From Aplysia californica (Eukaryota), in the NCBI RefSeq assembly GCF_000002075.1, contig NW_004797742.1:475462-539461 (forward strand): 64,000 nucleotides of DNA, in the 5' to 3' direction. Made by a program: the position numbers and the translations under genes. Positions within the stretch are counted from its first letter, which is position 1. Each line of letters begins with the position of its first letter. Positions 62,691 through 64,000 of this stretch are shown piece by piece. The notes below the pieces were generated by a model, which made no database searches, was not told where the DNA came from, and saw nothing but the letters and a program-made list of their open reading frames with translations.

Positions 62691-64000
62691 GGCCTACCTG
62701 CTGGTGGGTTGCCTGTTACAAAAGATCCATTTGCTAACGATCCGTTCAGAGCTGGGGCTCAACCAGGTGCAGTCCCCCCTGCTGGTGGTTTCCATACTGC
62801 CAATCCGTTTGGCACCCAGGCCTTTGGAGGGCAACAACAAGCTTTTGGCATGCAGCAACCCAGACCAGGAGCCCCCGTGGCACCCATGGCCATGATGCCG
62901 GGCATCCTTCCGCATGGGATGATGGGTCAGCCTCAGCCGGGTGTGATGGCCAACCCTTTTGCTGCCCAGCAGCAGCAGCAGCAGCCCCAGCAGCTGACGA
63001 ACGCGTTTGGCGAGGAGAACCCCAACCTGCTCATGCCCATTCGCCAGGACGGCGGCGCGCAAGACGGAAAAGGAGAGGCGGACCAAACCAAGGCAAGGTC
63101 AAAGTCTCCACGAGAAGATCTATTCGGCGATCTGCTGGACATAAAAAAGACAGCGCCCCCTGCTGCAAAGACGCCGAAAGACATGTTTGCCCAGATAAGC
63201 GCCGGGGAGAAAAAGTCAATGAACCAGCTGAAGACGGAAACGACTGGCCAGCAGCCTCCACCCGCGGCACAGGCAAGTGATCCCTTTGGTGACGTTGACT
63301 CTATCGCTGCCGATAAAACCCGAAGCCTCTTCTCTAATGAGGCGGATGAGGATCCGTTTGACACCTCCCATATTCCGTCTTTGCCACCCGCTCCTCAGCC
63401 AAGCCAGCAGACCTCCCAAAAGACCAATACCTTTGTCCCAACCGACGCTGTGGCGCCCCCTGTTCCTCGTCGAAATCTCACCCCGAATGTTCCTCCCGAT
63501 TCACAACCCAATTCCAGTTCTTCATCACCCGCTTCCCCTCTTTTCTCACCCCCTTTATCATCAATGCCATCATCCAACCCTCCACAGATTTCCCCACCCC
63601 CCAGACCGGGCAAAAGTAATTCACGTTCCGTAGGCGGAACACCGGTACACCAGCCCAGTACATCTATAAAACAGTTTAAAATTTCAGAATCACCAGATTC
63701 CAGCTTTTCTGCGTGTGACACTTCTATCAACAATTCTTTCATGCTTCCCTCACCTGATGAACCTCCTCCACCCCTCCCATCACTCCCGAATATAAATGCA
63801 CCCCCTCCTCCTCCTCCCCGCCCCAAGTCATCCGCCTCCTCCACCGCGTCACCTTTGCCCTCAGAAATGTCGTCCCCTCATCTTCGTCATTCCTCCTCTA
63901 ATCAGAGTGTAGAAAGCAAAGTGTCAGATCAAAGTTCTGTTAAGGTTATTAGTGGTGATAGTGCCGCCCCCGGTCATCGGGACTCCAGAGACAAACAAGC
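62691..64000 (+). CDS. Dab: Large Dab exon, open to the window end (endocytic-motif and proline-rich region)
   Basis: atttcag acceptor; stop-free frame GLPAGGLPVTKDPFANDPF... containing DPF x4, NPF x2, DLLDIK and PPVPRR/PPPRP motifs. It is absent from the ORF track, probably because it has no stop in the window. Confidence 0.9.

Noticed and set aside
62694-63844. Minus-strand and alternate-frame ORFs of 118-149 aa
   Set aside because: They are antisense or frame shadows of the GC-rich Dab exon.

Overview
Eukaryotic (invertebrate metazoan, probably mollusc-like) genomic DNA with six N-gaps. It carries two divergently oriented spliced genes. RCC1 is on the minus strand, with 10 coding exons I assembled by hand (19588 to 8560, 1278 nt, 425 aa). 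A Disabled (Dab) PTB adaptor gene is on the plus strand (~40.3 kb to beyond the window end), with candidate cassette/micro-exons. The ~14 kb upstream of the RCC1 start codon is probably its first intron and is a dense nest of DNA transposons. These include a decayed Merlin (IS1595/ISXO2-type) element, at least four non-autonomous TIR families with related termini and 8-9 bp TSDs, and an intron-containing pogo-like DD35D transposase with a PHD finger. Several short retroelement families share one LINE-like 3' tail. There are also L2, RTE and I/Nimb-like LINE relics, tRNA-derived SINE heads, a ~0.9 kb fold-back, self-complementary (TAGATC)n arrays and a near-identical 0.7 kb duplication next to gaps. 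Most ORFs in the supplied track are spurious. All coordinates were read by eye and no searches were run.
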